64,000 bases of DNA from Eutreptiella sp. 'Long Island Sound 2002'. Taxonomy: Eukaryota; Protista; Euglenida. Below the pieces are notes generated by a model. The model did not search any database, had not been told where the DNA came from, and was given only the letters and a program-made list of their open reading frames with translations. The stretch spans positions 13,082,001-13,146,000 of the forward strand of contig OZ038378.1 of the NCBI GenBank assembly GCA_964036045.1, given 5' to 3'. This document shows positions 1-11,610 of this stretch, piece by piece (the stretch's first letter is position 1; every line of letters begins with the position of its first letter). Position numbers and translations under genes: made by a program.

Positions 1-5
1 AGTCT

Positions 6-335
6 GTGGCGAACCGCCTCCACATCCCACCAAGCGGCAATCTAGTGTCGTGGGACCACCGCACGGCCCCGGACCAAGGTCGGAAGATCAGGGACATGGT
101 TAGCGGGTACGTGTTGACGGCAGCAGCGCACAACACCCCGCCCCCTGGCCAAGCGACCCCCCGGCCTGTCCTTCTCATTATGGTCGAGGCAAGCCATTTC
201 TATCATGTGCGCGTCGTCCTGCAACCGGAGACCGGGCGGTGGGACCTCGAAGTAGTCGACTCCATGATCGCCACCACCGCACCCCTGCCAAACTCCCTCA
301 CTACCCTAGACCCGGTCCAACCTCCGGGAAGGTGA
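6..335 (+). pseudogene. Fragment resembling a Ulp1/C48 cysteine protease domain, probably transposon-borne
   Basis: Translation LLIMVEASHFYHVRVVLQPETGRWDLEVVDSM fits the C48 spacing (hydrophobic strand, catalytic His, strand, strand ending in D-S). The 5' end is cut by the window edge and no catalytic Cys region is seen. Confidence 0.35.
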
Positions 336-1846
336 GAGATGGACGCTCCTGAGAATTGCCGACCCTGCTCCTGAGGAGCCAGGTCCTCAGGAGCACTGAC
401 CCTGGCTCCTCAGGAGCACCAACCCAGTACTGCTCCTCAGGACCACCAACCCTGATAAATGCTCCTCGAGAGCACCAACCCTGTACGAGCTCCAGGGTCG
501 GCCATTCTCAAGAGCGGCGATTTTCGTGTCAAGCATTTTGCTCCTAAGCGAAGGGCATACCCTGCCTTAGGGCTCCTTGCCCCCATAGCACCGGCAAACG
601 ACAGCCCAGACCCCCTTGTGTGACATTCTGTGGGGTTGCGGTTTCTTTACGCGCACATGGACAGTCACCCGTTCTTCCCTTTGCATGTTGTGTCCGGTCA
701 ATGCTTTCTTACGGCCCATGCAGCCAGGTTGTGCAGTTGTTGCGGGGGTCATTTTACAGTTTTTGCTGAGAATTCCCCTCAGCATTCGGATGGTCCGCCA
801 CATGTCGTGTGTGTGAGGCCCAGTTGCTCCACCCCTCCGCGTGTTGTCTTGGTTGTCTGCCACCTGCCTCCCCGTGTTGCCATGTGCGCGTGGCCCAATT
901 ACTCCACCTCTCCATGTGGTGCCGGTGGGCATTGCACTCAATTTCATGGTTTCTATGGGTGTCGTGCACACCTCCGTGGGTCACACACTCCTTTGAGGTT
1001 GATGTGGGTGTCTTGCGCGCCTCCGTGGTGGCAAGGGTCGTTTGCACCACACTATGTCCGTGCCGATGCCCTTGGTTCTTCCCACCCCAGTTTTGTCCCA
1101 GGCTCCTTCCCTTTCCTAACCACTCTCAAGAACCGCGCTGCAGGGGTCCCATCGGTGGCCCTCCGGGTGCCCCATCCCCTGCGTGCAGACATTTCCACAC
1201 GGCGCCTCAGCCCCCCCCCCTTGGGTGCTGGTGCTGCCGTGGTCAGGTGCCCCACATGGTGGCAGGAGCAAGCTTTACCCTGCCATGCCGCGTGCCGGAC
1301 TGGCGTCCGATGCTTGCCACACGTCTGGTGCATGGGGTACTATTTACGTGGGCAGTGGCCTATTCAGGTCGTGGACGCTTATGTGAAGGGTTGGGAAGGG
1401 GGTTAGCAGGTTAGAGCTGGCTGGACGCCTGTGCTATCCCTCCCCTGCGCGCCCTGTGCTTTGCGGCACGATGGAACAACCTGCTATTTACGTGGGAGAC
1501 CCATACATTGTTGTGGAGTAGCGACCATATTTGTTCACATCTGGGATGGTGGTCGCTTCATGGCCGGTCTCTACCCCTTCAGCTGAGTCAGAACCCCAAG
1601 AGGAAAGCAAGAGACCAAGTTATCTCAGAGTTTGCCCCGGCTGCCTGGTTCTTGTCATCTGCCTCCATCCCCTGTGGCCGAGAGGCTGCTGGCGAGGGTG
1701 GAATGGGGCTCTTTGGCTTCCGCCGGTGGAGTTGGGGCTGTGTGTGGTGACCTTATTGGCTTGGGGGGCATCTGCTGTGTGTGCGGGTGTGCTGAGGGCA
1801 GGCATGTTTGTTTGTGCAGGCAGCCATTCCCATCCAGGTTTGATCA

Positions 1847-1855
1847 GTGTGTGTT

Positions 1856-1919
<64 letters not shown>

Positions 1920-1974
1920 CGTGCGTGCGTGTGTGCCTGCATGCGTGTGTGTGTGTGTATGTGTGTGTGTGTGT

Positions 1975-2005
<31 letters not shown>
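1847..2005. repeat. Imperfect (GT)n microsatellite with GCGT interruptions
   Basis: Directly visible; explains the poly-CV and poly-HT ORFs. Confidence 0.98.
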
Positions 2006-2099
2006 GATAAATTCTTCCATGGTATCACCAAGTGTGCTTGGCATGGCTGCCAAATGTGCTTCTTTTTGCGTTTCGTTCAAGAGCCCAGAAGATCGACTG

Positions 2100-2950
2100 T
2101 TACAGCTCATCGCTGGAAGCCCCCCGATTAATGTTCTTCGAGGCTTTGCCTGCGGCATCTTGTTCAGGGTCATCCCCATTTCTCTTCAAATCAGCCTTCT
2201 CCACAGGGCCCTGTTCTGCTGCTTTCTTCTTCGATTTGCTGACCTTGTCTGTCTTCACCTTCTCCTTCACATCCTTCGCTTTCGGGCCCCCTTTGCCTTT
2301 TTTCTTGTGTTGATGCTGCTTTACAGGCGGGGGGTTCTCCCGCAGCTTCAAGAGCTCCGCGTCCTCATCCCTGTCGAGCTGGAACAGCCCCCCCTGATTG
2401 ATCTGGAAAGAGATGTGCATGGTATATATGCATCCATTTGCTTATAAACACAGTGTGAAGGTTCCTACACAGACCATGCACAGTGCACTTTTTTTGGAAA
2501 ATTTTTAGGAGACTTTTTGGTTTCTGCCAACATTCTTGTCCCTCCATGCGCAGCGCAATCCACAAATGGTAGACAACGTCCATAACGTGCAATGCCCTGG
2601 AAAGTTGCAAGCCCTTGTTGCTACAAGAGGAAAGCGGCAGTGCTCTTGCGCTCCATTTGATCCTCAAGCTTTAGCTCCAATTTGACATTTCTGCCCTCAT
2701 CAAGAAGTGCATTGACTCAATATTCAATGATCGACTCCATCACCCATCATCCTGGGACAACCACCCCTGACTAAGAGCAAGGAAAGAGTAAAAATCGGTG
2801 AAAATTGAAACCCCCAGATCCCCCACAGGATAGAAATACTTAGATTGCCATGCCCAACAACAACAACAAGGCCCCCACCACCACACAGTATGGGTCTCTA
2901 TCATGGTGCTCTTCAAAAAGTACAAACAGCGTGCCCTCACCAGGTAGAAC
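2100..2950 (-). mobile_element. Decayed 3' part of a LINE-like ORF (Cys/His region followed by Lys-rich tail)
   Basis: Frameshifted minus-strand segments (CLYFLKSTMIETHTVWWW; VMDVVYHLWIALRMEGQECWQKPK; Lys-rich tail to stop at 2100). The layout resembles fragments at 37750-38100 and 57950-58700. Confidence 0.35.
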
Positions 2951-5559
2951 ACTTTTTTTTAAACACTTATTCAAAAGTAGATACAGGCGCCCATACACCA
3001 GTATTTATAGATACATTCGGTCGTGTACAATCGAACAAATGCCCGCTTGTACGCATACGCATGCCTACACAGAAACACAAGCCAATATTCATTCCATGTC
3101 CATACCCTTCCTTGCAGACATGTTTGTAGGTGCAAGGATGTACATTTTGGAAACACCCACCAACTAAAAGCTAGTGCCACGTGCCGCGTGCTACTCCAAT
3201 CCGCCTTGCAATCATTTGTGCCATACAAGCGTTGCATCAACACCAGATGCCACTGTCTCACTGAGTGTCTGTGGGGAACAGTTGGGCCACTCCAAGATTC
3301 ATTATTTACTTTTTTTTTTGAAATTTGTCGCTCTCATACGATTGTGTGAAATTACTGTTTGCTGTGGGTGGGGGGAGTATGTGTAAACAGCCCAATCTCT
3401 AAAGCAATCCCTACGACAATGAACACCACATGCATCAGGTGGATAATGCGCCATTACTTTGGATGGCTATCATTTGCAGGTGTTAGACCCTAGGACAGCA
3501 GCATGTTTATTTACTTTGGCCTTGGGTTGGATGGCTGGGCTGGCTACCCCCCCCCCCCCTTCTTGCGAGAGCTACACCACAGCCCCAAAATTTGACGGAA
3601 ACAACATCTAATATTGCTCTGACAAGGTGGGGTATCTGTAAAGGGCAAAGTAGGACGATTCCAAAAGTTGCAGAAACAACACCTATTGTTGCTCTAACTA
3701 GGGTGCTACTCTCGTAAGGGGGGCAGTGGGGAAGGAAGGAATGTTCTTGTACCCACATGCTGGGCATGCTAAGCAAACTTTATGCATTATGGGTTCATGA
3801 TCCATACTTGCTAGTAAATTGCAAGGGAAAGGTTGGATCAGGCACAAGCCTCTTGGGCTTGGTCCAATCCTTAAGCCTTCAGGGTAAACCCCTCCCCGCC
3901 CGGATTATGCAACAAGTAGCAAAGTTTGAACAACATGCGATGCCCATAGCTTGCACAGCAATGTGTGACGCCCATGTGACTATTTGACCAGGGGATGGTT
4001 CTTGGACAATGTTATAAGCAAAAACATGCCGTTTGACTAGGGGGTTGTTCATTGGACAAGCCCGTGGTAGTGTCGCAAAATGCATTATTTGACTAGGGGG
4101 TGGTCGTTGGGCAAGGGGGGTTACTCTTGAGTAGTGCATGAATTGTCTTCGAGTAGATTGGGTAAGGGCAAATGTCCCCATTTGGTGCACTTTGGGTTGG
4201 ATTTCATTACACTTGGGTAAGGCACCAAATGAGAATTCTGCCCATGCATTAAAGTCTTCAAGTTGGACTTGTGCACTACCCTAGTGCACCCATGTGATGG
4301 AAATACACCACAACTACTATCCCCAAGTTCCAAGGAATGGCCCACAACCCGTCAATCTTGAGGCCAATGCCATTCCTTTGCAAGTGGCACCTGTCGCCAC
4401 AGAATGGCTTTCTGGCCAATCCTTTGTACACACATGGCCCACCCCAAAGCTGTCTTTCGAAGCCACCACGAGCTCTAGTATTCACCCCTCCCCAACTCCA
4501 TGTGGCTCTCCTACACGGCTCTGGGGCAGGGCGTTAATTCATGCAAGATGGGGCTTTCTTTGCCGTGCCAGGCACCCCTAGTGTGAATCTCCCGGTTCTC
4601 CCCAACTATGGATATGCAAGGAGTAGTAGGCCAAAAGGGCATGGCTGTGTTGACATGCAGAGGCGGCGAAAATGTAACACACATGATAACTTGGCTTACA
4701 CTCTCTCTGCCCCATTACTAAGGCATGACCCCCAAAACCAACAATCACATGTGTAAGAACAACACGTTGTAGAACATCTGCAACATCTACAACCCGTCCA
4801 ACCTACCGTGCCAGGTATTGCAATAGTCTTCAAAATTGGTCACATTGAGTACATTAATACATTTTTCCAATGTGCACTTCTCAAATGGTTTTGAACACAA
4901 CCCCAATTACCAATGTTATCTCCACGTGGGTGTTGCTGCTGTTGATGCACCACAGCCTCCGGATTGAACACGGACCCTTCTGATAGTGCATAATGGGGTC
5001 CGCCCTTGCTATTCTGGCACAGGTCTCCCATGATTCAATGGCTATATTGATGCATATGCAAACCTCTGAATACCAGAACTTGGCTCTTGCTGCGAAGTGG
5101 TGGGTTTGGTGCATTGTTCAGGTTGTGGGATGGCACCAATTGCCTCCAAAAGACTAGAAAGAAGAAAGAAGAAGGAAAATGGTAATTATCCTATTAGTGC
5201 AACATCATACATATATCGCACGAAGTCGCCCCCCCCCCCTACCGTAGGTGTGGTAGGCGTAGGTGTGGGGGGTAGGGGGGGTTAGGGGGTTTGGTTTCTG
5301 GTTTCTGGTTGGCCCGCTTGAGGCGATGGCAAAGCCGAAGGGGGGCCTCCGGAAAATCGCAGCCCCCAACCGTCGATAGGGCGGTTTACTCGGTCCCGCC
5401 AGGGTGGGCCGAAGCGGGCAGCCAGTGACAGCACAGCCCGCGCCACCAGAGGCTTTGACTGGTCGTAAAAATTTCGTGTGTGTGTGGGGGGGGGGGTCTG
5501 CTTTGGTGTGGTGGTGCTGTGCTTCGGGGGGCAGCTCACGGGCAGCGGGGGACCACTCT

Positions 5560-6406
5560 TGTGGCTGCGCAAGAGCGCCGCATGGGGAGCCCCACACTGT
5601 TCCCCTGCGCAGTCCCAGGCTGCGCCCATTCACAGCCCTGCATGGCGCCCCAGCGCCGCCCCTGCGCAGTCTCATGCTGCCCCCTGTGCAGTCCCCTGCT
5701 GCGCTCCTGCTTGGCCCCACACCGCGCCCCTGCACGGTCCGTGGCGTGCTCCTGCACATCCCCGCGCTGCTCTCCTACGCTGCCGCACGCTGCGCCCCTT
5801 GCGCAGCCACATGCTGCACCACTTGCGCAGCGCGCAGGGGTGCAACGTGTGGCTGTGCAAGGGCGCAGCGTGGGGCTGTGCAAGGGCGTAGCAGGGCACC
5901 GCGCAAGAACAAAGCGTACGGCTGCACAGGAGCACGGGGTGTGGCCGCGCAAGGGCGCAAAGTGTGGCTCCGCAAGGGCGCAGCATGCGGCAGCGCTAGG
6001 GCGCAGCTTAGAGCTGTGCAATGGTGCAGCAGGGGACCGCGCAACGGTGCAATGTGGGGTTGTGCAAGGGCGCAGCATGTGGCTGCGAAGGGGCGCGGCG
6101 TGTGGCTGCGCTGGGGCGCAGCGTGGGACTGCGCAGGGGCGCAGCTTGGGGCGGCGCAAGGGTGCTGCACGGGACCTCTCAAGCGCGCAATGTGGGGCTG
6201 CGCAAGAACAAAGCATACAGTTGCGCAGGAGCACAGGGTGTGGCCGCGCAGGGGCGCAGTGTGTGGCTCCGCAAGGGCGTAGCATGCGGCTGCGCTAGGG
6301 CACTGCGTGGGACTGCGCACGGCTCAAGGCCGTGCAATGGTGTAGCAGGGGACCGCGCAACAGTGCAATGTGGGGCTACGCAAGGGCGCAGCCTATGGCT
6401 GCGAAG
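5560..6406. repeat. GC-rich ~23-bp minisatellite, block 1 (C-rich orientation to ~5830, G-rich after)
   Basis: Degenerate tandem units close to TGCGCAGGGGCGCAGCGTGTGGC; the first ~270 bp are the reverse complement. Confidence 0.9.
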
Positions 6407-6458
6407 CCTAACCTAACCCTAACCCTAACCCTAACCCTAACCCTAACCCTAACCCTAA
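6407..6458. repeat. Interstitial telomeric repeat (CCCTAA)n
   Basis: Two CCTAA plus seven perfect CCCTAA units (6417-6458). Confidence 0.97.
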
Positions 6459-7587
6459 TCAAGACTCAATATTGGGACCGAGCTGGTGGGGGAGGGAACA
6501 TTAGATATGAATGGTGAGGGACACCAATGAGTTACACATTGAAGGCTGTTGACAGGGTGGAATCAGCTTGCAAGTGATCCCCTTCACCACAAGGCCCACT
6601 TTCAAGGCTTTTGTGGACTTGTGAGGGGCCAAAATGCCCCAAAATGGGCTCAAAATAGGCTCATTTCACCCGTTTGTGCACCCCAAATGGTCTAGGATGA
6701 GTTTTGGAAAAATGCGTTTTTGACCCATTTTTGACCCATTTTTGGTCCCAAAACAGCGCATCTTTTGGGATTTTCGGAGGACCAAAATGGGCCACCCCAA
6801 GCTCAAAACAGTCCAAAAACACTTGTTTTAGCATCACACATGGTCTAGTATCATTTTTGAGAAAAGTCATTTTTCTGCCCCTATTGGACCCTATTGACCC
6901 ATTTGGGCACCCACCTGTTTGGGCTTGAGCTTGCAGCTTGCCGCAGCCTACTGGGCTTGGGTACGGGGGTCTAGGCGTCCATTTGGGCAATTTTGAGGGG
7001 TGGAAACCACAAAATGAGGGGCGCGTTTTGAGCCATGTAGCCAAAGATATGGCCTATTCTTGGTTTGTGGCTGTCGCCAGCCAATCTGCACAAAATTTGG
7101 GGCTTGTGGGGGCCTTTTTGGGCCGTTTCAAGGACATATGGTGGAGTCAGAGGGCCGCAAATGGCTCGTTGACACAAGAAAGTCAAGCCGCACATGGAGT
7201 GCACCCACCCTTTCCCTTTCCTTGGCCGTTTTGAATGGGTTCTGGGGCTCTTTTGGCCCAAAAATGGCTGTTTTTGGCCCTAAATTGCAGTTTTTGAAAC
7301 TGAGGTCCGCCACTTGCGACACCCATTCCCGGCCGCCACCGTTGAGTTTCTGGCTCAAACTTTGTGTGGTTGTCCCTCACACTCATAGGTATCATCCACC
7401 AAAATTTCAGCCGAATGTGAAGCACCACGACGGATGTCTGATTTTTCCCCATTTCGCGCGTGCTGCTTGCTGCTTGTTGCTGCTTGCTGCTTGTTGCTGC
7501 TGCTAAACCTGGTAGGTCCACCCTAGACCCTAATAAGGGTTATAAAACCAAGACTGGTTCCACCAGCTCGGTGACCCTAACCCTAAC
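6407..7587. mobile_element. 1181-bp insertion bounded by telomeric repeats, with 15-bp target-site duplication
   Basis: CCTATGGCTGCGAAG occurs at 6392-6406 and 7588-7602. The insert begins CCTAA CCTAA (CCCTAA)7 and ends (CCCTAA)2 C. Internal 13-bp inverted repeat ACCGAGCTGGTGG at 6477-6489 and 7560-7572. Confidence 0.85.
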
Positions 7588-7590
7588 CCT
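7575..7590. repeat. Short interstitial telomeric repeat (CCCTAA)2 CCCT
   Basis: Directly visible; merges into the CCTA start of the right TSD copy. Confidence 0.85.
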
Positions 7591-8234
7591 ATGGCTGCGA
7601 AGGGGCGCGGCGTGTGGCTGCGCTGGGTCGCAGCGTGAGACTGCGCGGGGGCGCAGCTTGGGGCCGCGCAGGGGTGCTACAAGGGGACCGCACAAGAGCG
7701 CAGTGTGCGGCTATGCAAGGATGCAGCGTGGGTCCGCGCAGGAACAAGGTGTACGGCTGCGTAGGGGCACAGGGTGTGGCTCCGCAAGGGCACAGCATGT
7801 GGTTGCGCTAGGGCGCAACGTGGGACTGTGCAACGGTGCAACGTGGGGCTGTGCAAGGGCGCGGCGTGTGGCTGCGCTGGGGCGCAGCGTGGGAATGCGC
7901 AGGGGCGCAGCTTGGGGCGGCACAGGGGTGCTGCAAGGCGACCGCTCAAGGGCGCAACATGGGGCTACGCAGGGGTGCAGCGTGTGGCTGTGCACGGGTG
8001 CAGCTTGGAACCACGCAAGAACATAGCGCCCGGCTGCGCACAGGCGCAGCGTGTGGCTGCGCAGGGGTGCGGTGTACGGCTGCGCAGGGGCGCAGGGTGG
8101 GGCCGCACATGGGCGTAGCGTGTGGCTGCTTCGAGGCGCAGTGTGCGGTTGCGCGGTGGAACAGCATGGGACTGCACAGGGGTTCAGCAGGGGACTGCGC
8201 AAGGGCTCACCCTATGGTTGCGCAGGGGCGCAGT
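7588..8234. repeat. GC-rich ~23-bp minisatellite, block 2
   Basis: Same unit as block 1, resuming exactly at the TSD. Confidence 0.9.
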
Positions 8235-8757
8235 GGGGTGTGTTTCGGGCAGTCCTACCGGGAAGTCCCCCACTTCCCGGGTCCATTTTTATAGAGGCAT
8301 GTGGCACTCTCGAAGAAAAAGGAGGGAAAACAAATACGTGCAAGGGTGCGTGAAAGTGTGGCAACAACGTTTGATTTGAGGATGTCATGAAGAAGGGGGT
8401 TGGGGGTGAAGATGAAGGATGTAAAAATGGACTCAGAAGATCCCAGTTAGTAAAACTAGTAACTGGGTTTTAGACCTGAAAGTCCCACTGTAAAGTCACT
8501 TCTGGGGTCCATTTTTCCGGGAAGTCTCCCAGGTTTCAAACCTAAAAGTCCTCTGGGAAGTCCTCGGGAAGTAGGCGCCTGACCCCATTTAAAAATTTCC
8601 CACCCACCCCCCGGAAGGACCCATGACCTGCAATCACCTTAAAATGATCCCAAAAGGAAAAAAAATAAGTTTTGTCCCCATTGCAAACACCTACTTCAAT
8701 TGGTCGGCATGGGGTTTTGGCAAAGACTTCCCGGTAAAACTTCCCGAAACACACCCC
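8235..8757. mobile_element. MITE-like element (523 bp) with ~33-bp terminal inverted repeats, inserted in the minisatellite
   Basis: Left end GGGGTGTGTTTCGGGCAGTCCTACCGGGAAGTC; reverse complement of right end GGGGTGTGTTTCGGGAAGTTTTACCGGGAAGTC. No coding capacity and no clear TSD. Confidence 0.75.
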
Positions 8758-8759
8758 AA

Positions 8760-11610
8760 GGGTGGGGCAGCGCAGGGGTGCAGTGTGCGGCTGCGCTGGG
8801 GCACAGCTCGGGGTTGGGCACGAGCACAGTGCGGGACTGCGCAAGGGCGCAGCGTGTGGATGCGCAGGGGCGCAGCGTGTGGCTGCGCAAGGGCGCAGCA
8901 CGGGACTGCGCAGGGCCGCAGCCAAGGGCTGCGCAAGGGCACAGCTTGGAGTTGCGTAGGGTTGCAGCATGGGGCTGCGCAGGGGCTCAACTTGGGGCTG
9001 TGCAGGGTTGCAGCGTGCGGCTCCGTAGGGGCGCAGCGTGCGGCTGTGTAGGGGCGCAGCGTGGGGCTGCGCAGGGGCGCAATCTGGGGCTGCACAGGGG
9101 TACAACAGGGGACCGCACAAGGGCGCTACGTGGGGTTGCGCTGGGGTGCAGCGTGCGACTGCAAAGGGGCACAGCTCAGGGCTGGGCACGGGTGCAGCGC
9201 CCGATTGCACAAGGGCACAGCGTGTGGCTGCGCAGGGGCCTAGTGTGTGGCTGCGCACGGTTGCAACAGGGGACTACGTAGGGGCGCCGCTCAAGGCTGC
9301 GTAGAGTTGCGGCATGTGGCTGCATAGGGGCGCAGCGTGGCGCTGCACAGGGGTACAGCAGGTGACCGCGCAAGGGCGCAACGTGGGGCTGCGCCGGGGC
9401 GCAGCGTGCGACAGCTCAAGGGCAAAACGTGCGGCTACGTTGGGGCGCAGCGCGGGGCTATGCAGGGACACAACTTGGGGTTGTGTACATGTGCAGCAAG
9501 GGACCGCGCAAGCTAGCGGCTTGTGGCTGCGCAGGGGCGCAGCGTGGGAGTGTGCAGGGGCACAACATGTGGCTGCGCAGGAGTGCAGCAGGGGACCAGG
9601 CACGGGCGCAGCGTGTGGCTAGGCAGGGGTGCAGTGTGTGGCTGTGTGGAGGCGCAGCATTGGACTGTGCAGGGGCGTGTGGCTGTGCAAGGGTGCAGCA
9701 GGGGACTGCGCAAGGGCACAAAATGGGGCTGCGCAAGGGTGCGACAGGGGATCGCGCAAGGGCGCAACGTGTGGCTGCTTAGGGGCACAATGTGTGGTTG
9801 CGAAGGGGCACAGTGTGGGACTGCACAGAGGCGCGGCTTGGGCCCGTGCAAGGGTGTAGCAGGGGACGGCGCAAGGGCGCAACGTGTGGCTACGAAGGGG
9901 CGCTGCATGGCACCACAGTGGCGCATGGGGCTGCGGAGGGGCGCAGCGTGGGATGATGCAAGGGCGCAGTGTGGGACCGCGCCGGGGCGCAGGTGGGACT
10001 GCGCAAGAGTGCAATGTGGGGCTGCGCAAGCGTGTAGCGTGCGATATGCAGGCCGCAAGGACACGTCACCACACGCTCTTGGCGTCCTTGTATTGCCACC
10101 AACGCCCCACCAAGAGGTTATTTGCGTCCAATGGGTGCTTAGGGTGGGGTGCAAGGCAAGGGTGGACACCTCACGCTAGGGTTGTGGTGTCCCTCTAACG
10201 CCGCGGGCGCCACACCAGGAGGATGTTGGCGCCCGGCTGGGGGGGGGGGGGTGCGCAGGGGCATAGCGTCCGGTAGCGCAGGGGTGCAGCGCAGGGCAGC
10301 GGGGGCGCACTATGGGACTGCGCAAGATTGCAGCTTGGGGCTGTGCAGAGGCGCAGCGTGTGGCTGCGCAAGGGTGCAGTGTGTGCCTGCACAGCAGTGT
10401 AGCATCGCAGCACGCGAGAACTTAGCGTGCGGCTGCGTAGGGATGCAGCGTGGGGCCGCGAAGGAGCGTAGCCTGCGGCTGCTTAGGGGCACAACGTGGG
10501 GTCGCGCAGAGGCGCGGCATGGAGCTGCGCGGGGGCACATCGCGGGGCTGCACAGGGGCGCAGTGTGGGGCTGCGCAAGAACACAACGCTTGGTTGTGTA
10601 GGGGCGCAGCGTGCGGCTACGCAGGGATGCAATGTGGGGTCCTGCAGAGGCGCGGCGTGCAGGTGCACAGGGGCGCAGCGCACGGCTACATAGGGTGTGT
10701 AGCATGGGACTGTGCAAGGGCCCAGCGCGTGGCAGCATAGTAGCGCAGCATGGGGCTGTGCAAGAACACAGCGGGTGGCTGCGCTGGGGCGCAGCGTGTA
10801 GTTGCGCAGGGGTGCAGCGTGGGGCCGCGAAGGGGCGTAGCATGCGGCCCCTCAGGGGCGGGGCGTGGGGTCGCGCAGAAGCGGAGCGTGGAGCTGCGCA
10901 AGGGAACAGCGCGCGGCTGCGCAGGGGCAGAGCATAGGGCTGCACAAGGGCATAGCGTGTGGCTGCGCAAGGGCGCAGCATGGGCCCCCGTCAGAACAAA
11001 GCGTGTGGCTGCATAGGGGCGCAGCGTGGGGCGGCGCACGGGCGTGGCATGGGGTTGGGCACGGGCACAGTGTGTGGCCGCGTAGGGGCACAGCATGGGA
11101 CCACCGGAGAACACAATGTGTGGCTGCGCAGGGGCGCAGCGTGGGGCGGCGATGGGGCGTAGCGCGGGATGGCGCAGGAGCGCAGTGTAGGACTACACAG
11201 AGGCGCAGTGTGGGACTGCGCATGGGAGCTGTGCGGGGCTGTGCAGCGTGAGGTTGCAAAGGGGTGTAGCGTGTGGCTTTGCAGGGGCGGGGTTGCACAC
11301 GGGCACAACGCGGCACCACGCAGGGGTGCACCGCGGGGCTGCGCAATGTGGGATGATGCGGTGTGGGGCTGTGTAAGGGCGCTGCATGGGGCTGTGCAAG
11401 GGCGTAGCTTGGGACTGCGCGGGGGTGCAGTGTGGGGCCGCGTAGGGGCGTAGCATGCGGCAACGCTAGGGTGCAGCGTGGGGCTGCGAAGGGGCGCAGC
11501 GTGCGATGATGCAGGGGCATAGTGTGAGACCTCGGCGGGGCACAGCGTGGGACTGCGCAGGAGCGCACTGTGGGGCTGCGCACAGGCGTAGCATGAGACT
11601 ACGCAGGGGG
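8760..11610. repeat. GC-rich ~23-bp minisatellite, block 3 (interrupted at ~10060-10250 by a different repeat that recurs at ~11620-11790)
   Basis: Consecutive 23-nt units, e.g. TGCGCAGGGGCGCAGCGTGTGGC / TGCGCAAGGGCGCAGCACGGGAC near 8860. Confidence 0.9.

Noticed and set aside
1531-2447. Poly-Cys/Val and poly-His/Thr ORFs
   Set aside because: They are translations of the (GT)n microsatellite.
6407-6458. True chromosome end or contig fusion at the telomeric tract
   Set aside because: The satellite resumes after an exact 15-bp duplication, indicating an insertion rather than a terminus.
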